Of a stretch of DNA of 58,819 bases, positions 9,836-20,600 are shown in pieces. Both the position numbers and the translations under genes were made by a program. Below the pieces are notes generated by a model, which saw nothing but the letters and a program-made list of their open reading frames with translations, had not been told where the DNA came from and did no database searches. Position 1 is the first letter of the stretch, and the number at the start of each line of letters is the position of its first letter. Source of the stretch: a virus (Duplodnaviria; Caudoviricetes); the IMG/VR virus record IMGVR_UViG_3300037657_000011, positions 1-58,819 of that record. One strand, written 5' to 3'.

Positions 9836-11028
9836 TTGCTATAACGAAAGCTAACTTGCGTGTGCGGCTGTCGCCGACAACGGACAGTGAAACCATCGGC
9901 GTAGTGCAGCAGGGGCAACCAGTTGATGTAATCGAAGTCGTCAACAAGTGGGCGAAAGTGCCACTCACGGCAGGCGGTCAGCCCTTATACAAGGTGGGTA
10001 GCAAGACACCAGCGTACGGGTATATGTCAGCGGCATATCTTACGTTTGATACTGAACCTGAGCCTGAGCCGCCTCCGCCTGTGGTTATACGCAAGGCGCT
10101 GTTAGCAATTAACGCGGTCAAGAGCGGTCCTGCTGGGCGCGCCGCCGTTGAGAATGGCGCTGAAATGCTGTGTGTGACTTTCAATCCGCAGTTCGCGGGA
10201 GAGATGAAAGACCAATACCCGCACCTGATTGTGTCGCATCGTGCGCGATTGGAGCGCGGGTTCATCCCTACGTTGCAGCACTGGATAGATCAGGGCTGGC
10301 AGTCGTTTCGCCCTGGCATGATTCTCACCGGGCTTAACGAAGGCGACCAATCCGACCAGCGCAACCTAAAGGCGCTGCGGGAGCGGCTTGCGTTTGACAA
10401 ACAATGTCTTGAGTGGGTGCAGGCTGAGAACATCCGGCGCGGCTGGCAGGCTAATCCGATGCGCTATGCCGCGGGTGGGTGGAGCGTTGGCGAACCTGAC
10501 CTGACGCAGCCAGAGATTTGCGACATGCTGGCAGAGTGGAAGCCGTTAATTCGTGCCGGCGCTCTCACCAATGTACACACTTACAGCGCCAATGACGGGC
10601 GCCCTGGCATCACCAACGAGAACATCCGCGACCTGATATTTGATGATGAGTTGTCAGATGTCGAGTGGCGCGGCGTGAAGGAGAAAACCTACCGCACAGA
10701 CTGGACGATCACCCGCTGGCGCATGATGATTCGGCGCTGCGGCTGGGACGTTACAACGCCGATATTCAGCGATGAGACAGGGCTGGAGTGCGCTAATGGT
10801 TCATTCCCCGTTGCACCGCATCCGGGCGGCTCGCAGGAGTTCGTCATGCGCTGGGCGCGGCGGTTCGTGTGGGTGCAATCGCAGCCGTTTTACGGCAGGG
10901 ATGGCAAGCTATACCCATCACCATTTATCGGCGCAGCGCTGTTTCAGACAGGTGATGACTCGTGGCAGACTTACGAAATGCGGCATTATCTGCAAACGTT
11001 GCAGGCGTGCCGGTGGGGGCAGGCGTGA
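9832..11028 (+). CDS. SH3b-domain protein with putative glycoside hydrolase (TIM-barrel) domain
   Basis: NLRVRLSP...W SH3b pattern, Pro linker, GLNEG and SDETG motifs. Confidence 0.6.
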   Translation: MIAITKANLRVRLSPTTDSETIGVVQQGQPVDVIEVVNKWAKVPLTAGGQPLYKVGSKTPAYGYMSAAYLTFDTEPEPEPPPPVVIRKALLAINAVKSGPAGRAAVENGAEMLCVTFNPQFAGEMKDQYPHLIVSHRARLERGFIPTLQHWIDQGWQSFRPGMILTGLNEGDQSDQRNLKALRERLAFDKQCLEWVQAENIRRGWQANPMRYAAGGWSVGEPDLTQPEICDMLAEWKPLIRAGALTNVHTYSANDGRPGITNENIRDLIFDDELSDVEWRGVKEKTYRTDWTITRWRMMIRRCGWDVTTPIFSDETGLECANGSFPVAPHPGGSQEFVMRWARRFVWVQSQPFYGRDGKLYPSPFIGAALFQTGDDSWQTYEMRHYLQTLQACRWGQA

Positions 11029-11108
11029 GGAAGTGCGGCAGGATTGACGAAAACCAAGTTTAAACAGTTGGCGTGGTAAGTGTTGCGCTAGAATAAACGG
11101 GATTCGCA

Positions 11109-11315
11109 ATGAAAGACAGCGAATTAACCACACAGGAAGAGCAGATAGTTAAGGCGTTTCGGGATTGTTGGGACAACCTGAAACGAAAGCCTCGCAATTG
11201 GGTATTTACTGCCACGGGATTCGATAAGTCTGTCAATTGTTCGTTCAGTGATCGCGTCCAGGTGGTTGCGACCTGCGTTGATGGCGTGGTTATTGTCAAG
11301 AGAAACAATGAGTAA
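11109..11315 (+). CDS. Hypothetical protein
   Basis: 68-aa ORF overlapping terS. Confidence 0.5.
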   Translation: MKDSELTTQEEQIVKAFRDCWDNLKRKPRNWVFTATGFDKSVNCSFSDRVQVVATCVDGVVIVKRNNE

Positions 11316-11787
11316 CGAGTGGGATCAACGGTCTAACGAGACAGACGAAGAATATGCGTGGTTTCTCGCATATCTGACGCTGGGACCCTCGCGCTCATTG
11401 CCTGCGCTCATCGCCCATTATGGCAAGGGCGTGACGAAAAGAGACGAAAAGAGACGGCTGCGGAATGGGAGTGTTGAGGGCGCTTGCTCTCGGCATCATT
11501 GGGTGAAACGCGCTGGAGCGTATGATGTGTCGCTGATGCAGGCGGCGTTGCGCACCAGCGGCGCGGCTGTTATCGAAGGGCTACGCGAGTATGCGGTGTA
11601 CTTTCTGGAAGTTATGCGGCGCACTCGCATTAAGCCTCAAACGTTTGGCGATCTGGTGAATGGTGTACAAGTCCTCGCGCAGTTATTCCCGCCTGAAATC
11701 ATCGCTGCCGTACTTCAGTCCGCATCTCATGGGGATGCCGGTAGTGGAGGCGACGGAGAATCGGGCGTATCGGGCGTTTCAGGATAG
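11308..11787 (+). CDS. Putative terminase small subunit
   Basis: Directly upstream of and overlapping terL; W..E..AWF.YL.LG..RSL...W.KRA.AYD pattern. Confidence 0.6.
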   Translation: MSNEWDQRSNETDEEYAWFLAYLTLGPSRSLPALIAHYGKGVTKRDEKRRLRNGSVEGACSRHHWVKRAGAYDVSLMQAALRTSGAAVIEGLREYAVYFLEVMRRTRIKPQTFGDLVNGVQVLAQLFPPEIIAAVLQSASHGDAGSGGDGESGVSGVSG

Positions 11788-13216
11788 GTACAGGGACGAT
11801 CCGGTTGGATTCGTCACTGACTGTATCCTGTGGCGCAACGGCGAGGGACCGGCGCCGTACCAGAACGAGATACTAGAAGCCATTCCAAAGCACAGGCGGG
11901 TAAGCGCGCGCGGTCCGCACGGGCTGGGCAAAAGCACACTGGCGGCGTGGGCGATACATTGGTTTGCGCTGACCAGAGATGGCACGGACTGGAAGATACC
12001 GGCGACTGCGAGTGTATGGCGGCAGTTGTCGGCGTTTTTGTTTCCAGAGATTCACAAGTGGGCGCGGCGGCTGAATTGGGAGCGCATCGGCAGACCGCCA
12101 TACAAGGACAAGGACGAACTGCTAACGCTGGCGCTGCATCTATCCACGGGATCGGCATTCGCGTTGGCATCTGATCAACCTACCGCATTGGAGGGCGCAC
12201 ATGCCGACCATATACTCTACGTGTTTGATGAGAGTAAAGCTATTTCGTCTGCGATCTTTGATGCCGCAGAGGGAGCGTTCAGCACGGGAGAAAGTTATGC
12301 GCTGGCAATCTCGACACCGGGCGCATCGGTAGGCAGGTTCTACGACATTCAATCGCGGCGCGCCGGTTATGAAGATTGGTGGGTGCGCGCTGTGCGCCTG
12401 CACGAAACGATACAGGCGGGGCGCATCTCGCAGGAGTGGGCGGATGCGCGCAAGCGGCAATGGGGTGAAGCCTCGCCGGTGTATCAGACGAGGGTGTTGG
12501 GTGACTTCGCAACCGGCGACACGGGCAGCGTCATACCGCTGGCGTGGGTGGAAGCGGCGAACGAACGCTGGCATGTGCTACGTGAATCCAACCTACTGAC
12601 GAAAGAGTTTAGAGGGCTGGGCGTAGATGTGGCGTGGACTGGCGATGACCGCAGCGTGATAGCGCCTCGGTATGGCAACTCGATCTCGGAACTGATCACG
12701 TTTGCGAAGGTTGATCCGATGGCACTCACGGGGCATGTGGTGGCATATCTGGACAAGCACAAACGCCCAGGTGTTCGGCGTGGATATGCCATTGTGGACG
12801 TGATCGGTATTGGCGCTGGCGTAGTGGCGCGCCTGCGGGAGCTGCATTACCCTACTGTGGCGTATAACGCTGGCGCTGGCACGGACCTGGTGGACATTGC
12901 GGGGGAGTTGGGATTCGTGGATAAGCGCAGCGCGGCATGGTGGCGGATGCGTGAGATGCTTGATCCGCAGAATGGGTTTGGCGTGGCGCTGCCGCCTGAT
13001 GATGAACTGACCGGGGAACTGGTGTCACCCACATGGAAGGTGACGAGCACGGGCAAGATACGGGTGGAGAGCAAGGACGATCTGCGCAAGGCTGACCGGC
13101 TGGGCAGATCGCCGGACAAGGCGGATGCTGTGATACAGGCGTTTTGGGATGAGGAGCCGGACGACGGTGTGCCGGCGGTGCATGTGCCGAGGCGATTGAG
13201 TACGAGACAGATTTAG
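11729..13216 (+). CDS. terL: Terminase large subunit
   Basis: Walker A GPHGLGKS, Walker B YVFDES, nuclease GLGVDVA and SPDKADA. Confidence 0.95.
   Translation: MGMPVVEATENRAYRAFQDRYRDDPVGFVTDCILWRNGEGPAPYQNEILEAIPKHRRVSARGPHGLGKSTLAAWAIHWFALTRDGTDWKIPATASVWRQLSAFLFPEIHKWARRLNWERIGRPPYKDKDELLTLALHLSTGSAFALASDQPTALEGAHADHILYVFDESKAISSAIFDAAEGAFSTGESYALAISTPGASVGRFYDIQSRRAGYEDWWVRAVRLHETIQAGRISQEWADARKRQWGEASPVYQTRVLGDFATGDTGSVIPLAWVEAANERWHVLRESNLLTKEFRGLGVDVAWTGDDRSVIAPRYGNSISELITFAKVDPMALTGHVVAYLDKHKRPGVRRGYAIVDVIGIGAGVVARLRELHYPTVAYNAGAGTDLVDIAGELGFVDKRSAAWWRMREMLDPQNGFGVALPPDDELTGELVSPTWKVTSTGKIRVESKDDLRKADRLGRSPDKADAVIQAFWDEEPDDGVPAVHVPRRLSTRQI
13055..13138 (+). repeat. 84-bp terL 3' segment duplicated at 14181-14264
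   Basis: About 73/84 identical by eye; 39-bp identical core 13090-13128 = 14216-14254. Confidence 0.9.
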
Positions 13217-13280
13217 GGGGAGAAGGAGGCTGCGCGGAGTACCGCGCTGGGCGGAGTACCGCGCTAGGGAGCAGAAGGGA

Positions 13281-14054
13281 TTAGGTGCGGCATTCGTGGA
13301 TCACATCATCGGGTAGCATGCCGTAGAACTGGATGTGTTGGGCGGGGAAAAGGTCGCGGGCATATTTGAGCGACACGTTAAAGCCGGCATCCGTTAACCT
13401 GTCAATGAAGTCCTTACCGTAGATTCGGAGATGATCTTCCTGACCGAATAACTGCAGGCGCATGGCAGGATCTGTTACGGATGGGTCTTCGAAAGTGGTA
13501 TCGCCAAAGATCGGAACACTGGCGAGGAGCAGAGCTTGCGGCTTGAGAACACGTCGTAGTTCAGACATTGCCAAGCGGTCATTGGGGAGGTGCTCAAAAA
13601 CGTGATAGCAGATGGCAAGGTCGAAGCATGCTGAAGCGAACGGCAAGCTTTGCGCGTCAGCGATTGTATTCGCCTGCTTGGATGAGTAATCCAGCGCGGC
13701 GTATGTTACGTGGCTGAGTCTGTCATACAGCAACCTGGAATGGTGTTCAGGACCTATCTCCAGTAAGCGCGTGGGTTGTGTGAAGAGAGTGGTAGTTGAT
13801 TTGAGGTAATGGCAGAGATACCTATGCCGGTCTTTGGAATAGCAGCGGGGGCAGAGGCGCCCGGTATGATCACAGAGCAGGGGGTCTATTTCACCGGGTG
13901 AATAGAAGGCATTGCCATGCCAACCACAGATTGGACAGTGCACAGTTGTGCCAGTATGGCGAAGCGCGATGACGACTTGACGGGCGAAGGCGCGAGAGGT
14001 GTACCAGCGGAAACGTCCCCATACTTTTTTGATCGGTATGATGTAATGGCGCAT
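13281..14054 (-). CDS. Class I SAM-dependent methyltransferase with N-terminal Zn ribbon (moron)
   Basis: CPICG...CPRC; LLEIGP; DAQSLPF...FDLAICYHVFEH...ELRRVLKP; opposite strand to the structural genes. Confidence 0.85.
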   Translation of the reverse strand: MRHYIIPIKKVWGRFRWYTSRAFARQVVIALRHTGTTVHCPICGWHGNAFYSPGEIDPLLCDHTGRLCPRCYSKDRHRYLCHYLKSTTTLFTQPTRLLEIGPEHHSRLLYDRLSHVTYAALDYSSKQANTIADAQSLPFASACFDLAICYHVFEHLPNDRLAMSELRRVLKPQALLLASVPIFGDTTFEDPSVTDPAMRLQLFGQEDHLRIYGKDFIDRLTDAGFNVSLKYARDLFPAQHIQFYGMLPDDVIHECRT

Positions 14055-14180
14055 GTGAGTACCTGTGCGTATTGTATTACCGTAATGGGGCTGAGGGGAG
14101 TACACTTTGGGAGATTGAAGGTCGTGAACCTGATGAAGTTAGGTTGGGGTGTAACCTGACGCGAGAAGATTGCCGCGGTC

Positions 14181-14267
14181 AATATTCGGGTGGGGAGTAA
14201 GGATCATCTGCGCATGGCTGACCGGCTGGGCAGATCGCCGGACAAGGCGGATGCGGTAGTACAATAA
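14181..14267 (+). pseudogene. Remnant terL 3' end
   Basis: Reads NIRVGSKDHLRMADRLGRSPDKADAVVQ* versus terL KIRVESKDDLRKADRLGRSPDKADAVIQ. Confidence 0.85.
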
Positions 14268-14290
14268 CGACAGATCAGCTAGTTTGAGTA

Positions 14291-14324
14291 AAGCGGCTGG
14301 GCAAATTTGCCCAGCCGCTTTTTT
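14291..14324 (+). terminator. Intrinsic terminator just upstream of portal
   Basis: AAGCGGCTGGGCA/TGCCCAGCCGCTT stem plus T-tract. Confidence 0.8.
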
Positions 14325-14344
14325 GTTGCCTTGCAGGTGGGCTT

Positions 14345-16432
14345 ATGGCGAAACGAAAGACTGACCGGACGAAAACCTACGATGCGCGTTTCGTGTTGGA
14401 CAGGACGGACGAACTACGCACTGCTGCGGGGGATCGCAACACGCGCATGGATAGATTCGAGCGCATGTACCGCATGGATGTGTGGGATGACGCGCCTCTC
14501 GGACCTGACGACATTCGACTGTCACTCCCCATTGCCTTTGATATGGTCGAGAAGATGCGCGCCCTGCTCATCACCAGACCGCCTGTTATCTCCGTGCCGT
14601 GGGGGAACAACGATCCTGACGATCAGGCGAAGTCACAACGGATGGAGCGATACCTGTACGGGTTATCGGGACGCGCCAACCTGGGGCGTGTGCTGGCAGA
14701 TGCAGAGTGGTTTGCGATGTGCCTCGGTATGGGCGTTCTCAAGATCGCCTATGACAGCCAGGCAGTCGAGGGTGATTCGCCGCTCGTGATTGTCGCGCCG
14801 GATCCGCGCACCATTTTCGGGAGGCTTGCGCCTGCGCGTGATAGGTGGGTGGAGCTGGCGCAGGTGTGGGACAGGACACGCAGCGAGATCATTGACGAAT
14901 GGGGCGCTGACCTCGATATGCCGTCCGGCATGGATGCCACTGAAGAAATAGCATGGCTGGACGAGGAAGTTGAATACATCGAATACTGGCGCGAGATGAC
15001 CGAATGGATCGAGCCTGAGCCGGTGATCGAGATGCCGACACAGGATAGCGTAATCGAGGCAACCATTGATAACGTCATGGCGGCGATGGCTGGTTCGGCT
15101 GGTTCGACAGGCTCACCAACCGGTGACGCTGCGAACGAACGCGGCGCACAGGAAATACTCGACGGCATTGACAGCGGCGAGGCGGTGGAACTCGACATTA
15201 AGGATGAGCCGGAGAAGATCAGGGTGCGGCGTGTGCTGCACATGGTCGTGGTGCGGGATGGTAATACGGGGAAACCAGAGGAAGGCGGGATCGTGGTCAA
15301 GGATGCCGTCATCGTGCCGGGCTACTCGCAAATCCCCTATATCAAATGGTCTGGAATTGCCACACCACTAGGCGGCGGCGATTCTGACCTGTCCATCCTG
15401 TACGCGCTGGGCAATGGTGACGGCGGGAGCGACAGCTACGGCATCCTGCAAGCGTGGAATCTGCTTGCGTCATTGGATATGGGCGAGGCGCTTAATGCTG
15501 CAAACCCGCCACTGGAAACCGATGATGAGAAGGCAACCATTAACGCCCATGCCGGCGAAATCACCACCGTCCAGAAAGACCGCCATGTCCGCCCATTGCG
15601 AGAGCCTGGGCAATCACTAGCGTTTTCGCGCATGAGCGAACAGATGAGCCGGATGGTGGATCGGATTGGCTTGCCGGAGATTTGGTCGGGCATGGTGCAG
15701 AACCTATCTGGTCAAGCGATCTCAGGATTGGCAACCGCGTTCACTATGCTGATCGGCTTTAAGCAGCTTGATCGAGAGAGGGCGCTGGAAAACCTGCTGA
15801 TGCTGGCGCTGGCGCTGACACGCGAGTATGCGCCGGATGACGGCTGGATGATGTACGGCGAGAACGCATACGGGCGCAGCGTAGAGGAAACGCTGAAACC
15901 GACTGACATTGCGCCTCATCCACGGGTGCGTGTGAAGCTGAGTGCGTCCATGCCGAAGGATGATATGGCGTTTATCTCGATGCTGGTGCAGTTGGTGAAC
16001 ACTGACCTGCTCAGTTACGAGACTGCGCTTGACCACATACAAAAGACGATTGGCTTGAGCGCGGACACACCAGAGGAAGAAATCGAGCGCATCCTACGGG
16101 CGAAGTTGCTACTCAAGAGCGATGTGTCGCAGCAGTTGGCGAAGGTGCTGGCGCTGCGATCTGCTAAACGGATGGCGCGGAATGCCGGTGAGGATGAGGC
16201 GATGATCGAGCAACTGCTAGGGATACAACCGCAAGGGCAAGGGCAACCGCAAGGGTTGCCCCAACAGATGCCGCCTCAAGGGATGCAACAGCCACAAGGC
16301 GCACCTCCGCCAACGATGGGACTGCCGCCTAATGTGCTGCCGCCCTCGCCGGACCTGCTGGCTGGCGCCGGGCGAATACCACAGGCGAACAACCTGCAAG
16401 CGGGGATGAATCTGAATGAGGTATTGCAATGA
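14345..16432 (+). CDS. Portal protein (podovirus-like) with acidic insertion and Q/P-rich tail
   Basis: Follows terL; size; GMGVLKI and PDPRTIF portal-like segments; coiled/QP-rich C-terminus. Confidence 0.75.
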   Translation: MAKRKTDRTKTYDARFVLDRTDELRTAAGDRNTRMDRFERMYRMDVWDDAPLGPDDIRLSLPIAFDMVEKMRALLITRPPVISVPWGNNDPDDQAKSQRMERYLYGLSGRANLGRVLADAEWFAMCLGMGVLKIAYDSQAVEGDSPLVIVAPDPRTIFGRLAPARDRWVELAQVWDRTRSEIIDEWGADLDMPSGMDATEEIAWLDEEVEYIEYWREMTEWIEPEPVIEMPTQDSVIEATIDNVMAAMAGSAGSTGSPTGDAANERGAQEILDGIDSGEAVELDIKDEPEKIRVRRVLHMVVVRDGNTGKPEEGGIVVKDAVIVPGYSQIPYIKWSGIATPLGGGDSDLSILYALGNGDGGSDSYGILQAWNLLASLDMGEALNAANPPLETDDEKATINAHAGEITTVQKDRHVRPLREPGQSLAFSRMSEQMSRMVDRIGLPEIWSGMVQNLSGQAISGLATAFTMLIGFKQLDRERALENLLMLALALTREYAPDDGWMMYGENAYGRSVEETLKPTDIAPHPRVRVKLSASMPKDDMAFISMLVQLVNTDLLSYETALDHIQKTIGLSADTPEEEIERILRAKLLLKSDVSQQLAKVLALRSAKRMARNAGEDEAMIEQLLGIQPQGQGQPQGLPQQMPPQGMQQPQGAPPPTMGLPPNVLPPSPDLLAGAGRIPQANNLQAGMNLNEVLQ

Positions 16433-16698
16433 AAGTATTAACAGCCGCGTATCAAGGCGCGGAGAAGATTCTGGAACGCACGATGCAAGGGATTCTGGAT
16501 GATGACCTGGCGACTGACGAGGATCAATTGAAGGTGTACGAGAAGCTGCGCGGCAACCCGCAGGCGATCAGCATGTATGCCGTTCGCTTTGCGCCGGAGG
16601 GGAGCAATCCGATGGTCGAGGCGCGCAAGTATGAACTGGCGATGGAACAGAAGTGGAAGTCCCGTTATGGGAGTGGAGGTATGAGCAATGGCAACTAA
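16429..16698 (+). CDS. Hypothetical protein
   Basis: ATGA-coupled to portal. Confidence 0.7.
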   Translation: MKVLTAAYQGAEKILERTMQGILDDDLATDEDQLKVYEKLRGNPQAISMYAVRFAPEGSNPMVEARKYELAMEQKWKSRYGSGGMSNGN

Positions 16699-17599
16699 CA
16701 ACCAGTGGCAACCGCCGCAGTATGGATACGCGGCAAATCCTGATCCGTGGGCGCAATGGGTGCAGTCGGTGACGAGGCAGTCTGTGCCATACGCACCATC
16801 AGTACAACGTCAAATGACGTGGGCTCCTGGCGGCACGGGTCCGCTTGGCTACTATCCGCAGGCATTTGGTACACCTGCTGCCGCCGGACCGAGTGCGCCA
16901 CAAGCACCAGCCGCTAATAACTGGAACGCCCTCTACCCGCAACCGTTTACGGCATGGGGTATCAACCCTAACTACTGGCGGAGTTTGCCAACGCAGCAAG
17001 GAGGGCAACCGCAAGGGTTGCCCCAACAAGGGTTGCCCCAACAGGCGGCGCAGACGATGGCGCAGATACCGGCTGGGCTGGGGATCGGCGGCGCGTCATC
17101 GCTGCCGGGCTGGAACTTCGGGCAATGGGGGCAGAACTGGCAGAACCCGCTCGAAGGTGTGCCGCTTGAGTATTGGGATTACGCGCTGGCATCCTCACAG
17201 TATGCGCTGCCGTGGCAGCAGCAGCAGGATTACAACCGCTGGAAGGGTGAGGAGATCGGGCTGTCGCAGCAGCAGTTGGCGTTGCAGCAGCAAACCGCAC
17301 AGCAGCAGGCGGAGCAATGGATGAAGGAATACACGGCTGCACAGAACCAATGGGCAGCGCAGCAACGGCTGGCGAACGATCAGTTCGATTGGTCGAAGAA
17401 CACCTGGGGGCAGGAGTTTAACCGCGCCAACGTGAACGACGCATGGACGCGCCAGTCTGACCAGTGGACGCAGGCGATGCAAGCCGCTACTAACGCATGG
17501 CAACGCGATCACTCGAAAGAACAGAACCGCATACAGGATCAGGGTAACGCGCTGGCGGCGTGGGGTCGCCGGACGAACCCGCTTATCTCCGCAATGTAA
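16688..17599 (+). CDS. Q/W/N-rich low-complexity protein, candidate internal virion/ejection protein
   Basis: Composition; position ahead of the giant gene; GGAGG upstream. Confidence 0.6.
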   Translation: MATNNQWQPPQYGYAANPDPWAQWVQSVTRQSVPYAPSVQRQMTWAPGGTGPLGYYPQAFGTPAAAGPSAPQAPAANNWNALYPQPFTAWGINPNYWRSLPTQQGGQPQGLPQQGLPQQAAQTMAQIPAGLGIGGASSLPGWNFGQWGQNWQNPLEGVPLEYWDYALASSQYALPWQQQQDYNRWKGEEIGLSQQQLALQQQTAQQQAEQWMKEYTAAQNQWAAQQRLANDQFDWSKNTWGQEFNRANVNDAWTRQSDQWTQAMQAATNAWQRDHSKEQNRIQDQGNALAAWGRRTNPLISAM

Positions 17600-17611
17600 C
17601 AAGGGGGGTGA

Positions 17612-20600
17612 ATGGCTAAGGTCAATACTTCGTGGTGGACTGCGCCTAACGCGATCTCGGCATTTAACGCGAACAATGCGGCGGCGCTGGCTGCGGTGAT
17701 GAACGCGCAGAATCCACAACCGGCACAGGCGAATCAGTGGAACGCGATCGGTCCGGTCAATCCAAACGCTGCGCCTGCTATGCCTGCTTTGGGTCCGGTC
17801 AATCCAAACGCTGCACCCATTGCGCCAACACCAGCGCCATACCAGCCGGTGAACGGGTGGCTGCCGCCCAATAACGTTGATCAGAACGGTGTGCTGCAAT
17901 ACACCTACACGCCTCCGGTTGACCAGACACCGCCTCAATGGGTGCAGACGGCGGCGGAGATTGGGGATGTGCTGGCTGCGCCTTCGAGGGCGGTTAGCAA
18001 TTTGATCTTCCCTGGCAATGCCGCGTATAGACCGGATGCGCTTAAGAGCGATGTGCGGAATCTGTGGCAAGGCAAGACACCAGAATGGTTTGCGCCGGCA
18101 GATCGGTATGAGGGCATTGTGGAACGTGAACTGGCGCGCGACTTCCGCACGGCGGCTAATGCGGCGCAAGCTGGCGATGTGCGTACTGTGCTTGAGAAAA
18201 CCACCATGCAGAGTGCTGCGTCCATGATCCCGCAGACCGTGGAACAGTTCAAGCAGAACCCTAGCCTGTTGAGTGGTGTGCAAGTGGCTATGTCGGCGAT
18301 GGGAGCGATGTTGCCATTGATGCCCAAGGCGCTATTCCCTGTTACCAATGCGCCAACACAGCAGGCAGAGGCGATATTAGGCGACATTATGAGTTACGTG
18401 CCTGTGCCGGGCGGGGCTATCGGCGAGGGGCAGAAGGCGGTTGCCACGCTGGGCGGTCTTGAGCAAACGCTGCAAGACGTACCCGGCACGATGCGCAGGT
18501 TACAGGGTGAGATTGATGCGGTGAAGCGCGGCGAGAAACCACTGCTGACAATCGAGGAAGCGTCGCGCGACTATGCCAACACTATCGCGAAGGCAGTAGC
18601 GGATTACCACGGGCAAGACTTCTCATTGCCATACCGACAGGCTGGCGGTGTATTGGATCGCCCAATCAAAGGCAACCTGAACCTGTACTCCGGCGCGGCG
18701 GCGGTGCTGAGTGGGGATGACCCGACAACCATTGATGAGATTGGCAGATGGGTGGATTATCAGTCGCGCCACATTGTATTTAGTGGTCCAGACGCGCGGC
18801 GTGAGGCGATTGATCGTATCGCACACGGCGAGAATCCGCAGATTGCCATGCGTGGATTGGTAGCACCACCGAAGGATGCGCTGGATGATGAGATCGAGCT
18901 ATGGGAGCAAAGCGTACAGAACCACATGGCGGTGACTGAGCGCGTAGCGTACACGAGCGCGCGGATGGGCGGGGCAACTGACGCAGAGGCGCGCACGGCG
19001 GCGGCGGAAGTGGCGGCTGACGCAGAACGCTTTATATCCGAGTTCGGCATGATCAAGGGCGCAGAGCGTCCACTGTCCGAGGGCATACTACAAACGGCCT
19101 TTGGCTTCTCGCCATTGGACCCGATGAACTATGCCGGATTGGGTAAGCTGTTCGGGTGGCAGAGGCTATTGCCCAAGGCGCGGGCGCAAGGGCAAGCGGC
19201 AACTCTCTCACGGGTATACGAGGCTGCTGCAAAGAACGCGGCTGGCTACACGATGGCGGAGGAAGTGGCGGCGGCGAAGCGCGGTCTGTCGCCGGAGATG
19301 GTGTCGCGCGAAACGGAGGCGAAGCGGACGCTGGGACTAGACACGCAGGGCGATCAGCCTACTCCACGCGCTGAACCGACACTGGCGGACGATCTACCGG
19401 CAGAAGCGCCGGGCGCAAGCGCGAACGCATGGCAGCGATTCGGGGCGCAAGCGTATCTGCAATATGTCAAGATCGCGGAACTACTGCCGCAATCCACGGG
19501 ACACATGGTACAGGGCTATGCGATGGATATGCTGCATAACCTGACCAGAGGGGCGCGCAATGCTGCAGAAGCGGCGCGGCGGATACAAGCCTTTGTGGAT
19601 GAGCCGGGCAGCCTGGTATCGGAGATGGGGAGTGTGCCGCTATCGGTCAAGGCGGAGTTCGCGCGCCCGGTGATCCGCGATGCGATGGACGGCATTATGA
19701 AGGTGCTATCCGGCGCGGGTGACAGGCTGGATCATGGCGCGCTGCTGGAAGGCTGGCTGAAACCTACCGAGATGGCGGCGAACAAGCTGAGTAACGTCAA
19801 GCCATTGGGGGAGCGTTCGGTGCTGGAACGTTGGGGCGCTGGCGTGAAGGGCTGGCTGGGCGAGTTCGCGCTGCGTACACCTGGCTATGCAATCCGCAAT
19901 GCGATCAGCGACAGCGTGGTCATGGCGATGGATGGTGTCTATTCGCTGGACACCTACAAAGACCTGACCAAGTTCTTAGGCAAGTACAAGATTGACAGGG
20001 CGTTGATTACCGGCAAACGTCCAGAGGAGATGCGTGAATCGAAGTTAAGCCGTGTGCCGGTGATCGGCACGGTGCAGAATGCCATCGGCAGAATGAACGA
20101 AGTATGGGATGACGGCAGGCGCGTTCGCGCGTTTACTACGGCATTCCGGCAGTTCATGGGCGCGAACTATAAACCCATCATCAGCGAGGGGGCGAAACAG
20201 ATATTGGGACCGCAGTTCGGTGACGCGGTGGCGAAGCTGGAACAGATGTGGCGGACTGGATCGTCCACGCAGGAGATACGCCAGATGTATGAGGCGGTCA
20301 TCTCTCCGCGCACGGCGATGGACGACTTCAACATTATGGGCGCGCTGGAATCGCGGGGCATACCGTCTGATGCGGTATCGCCCGAGCTGGGCGCGCGGGT
20401 GTGGGGGGAGCTGCGCAGGGCAACCACGGATATAGAGGTTAATCACATCCTGGACAAGTACGAGGATATGATCATCCAAGACCAGCAGGCGCGCATGGCG
20501 CTGATGGGTGACGTGGTATCTCCGAAAGGCATCACTGAAAAGACGGTTGAGATGGACGCGGAAGAATACCGCGCGATGCTCAACAAGATAACCGAGAAGG

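Noticed and set aside
11729-11787. terS/terL overlap as a programmed frameshift
   Set aside because: Ordinary short overlap with no slippery site or pseudoknot seen
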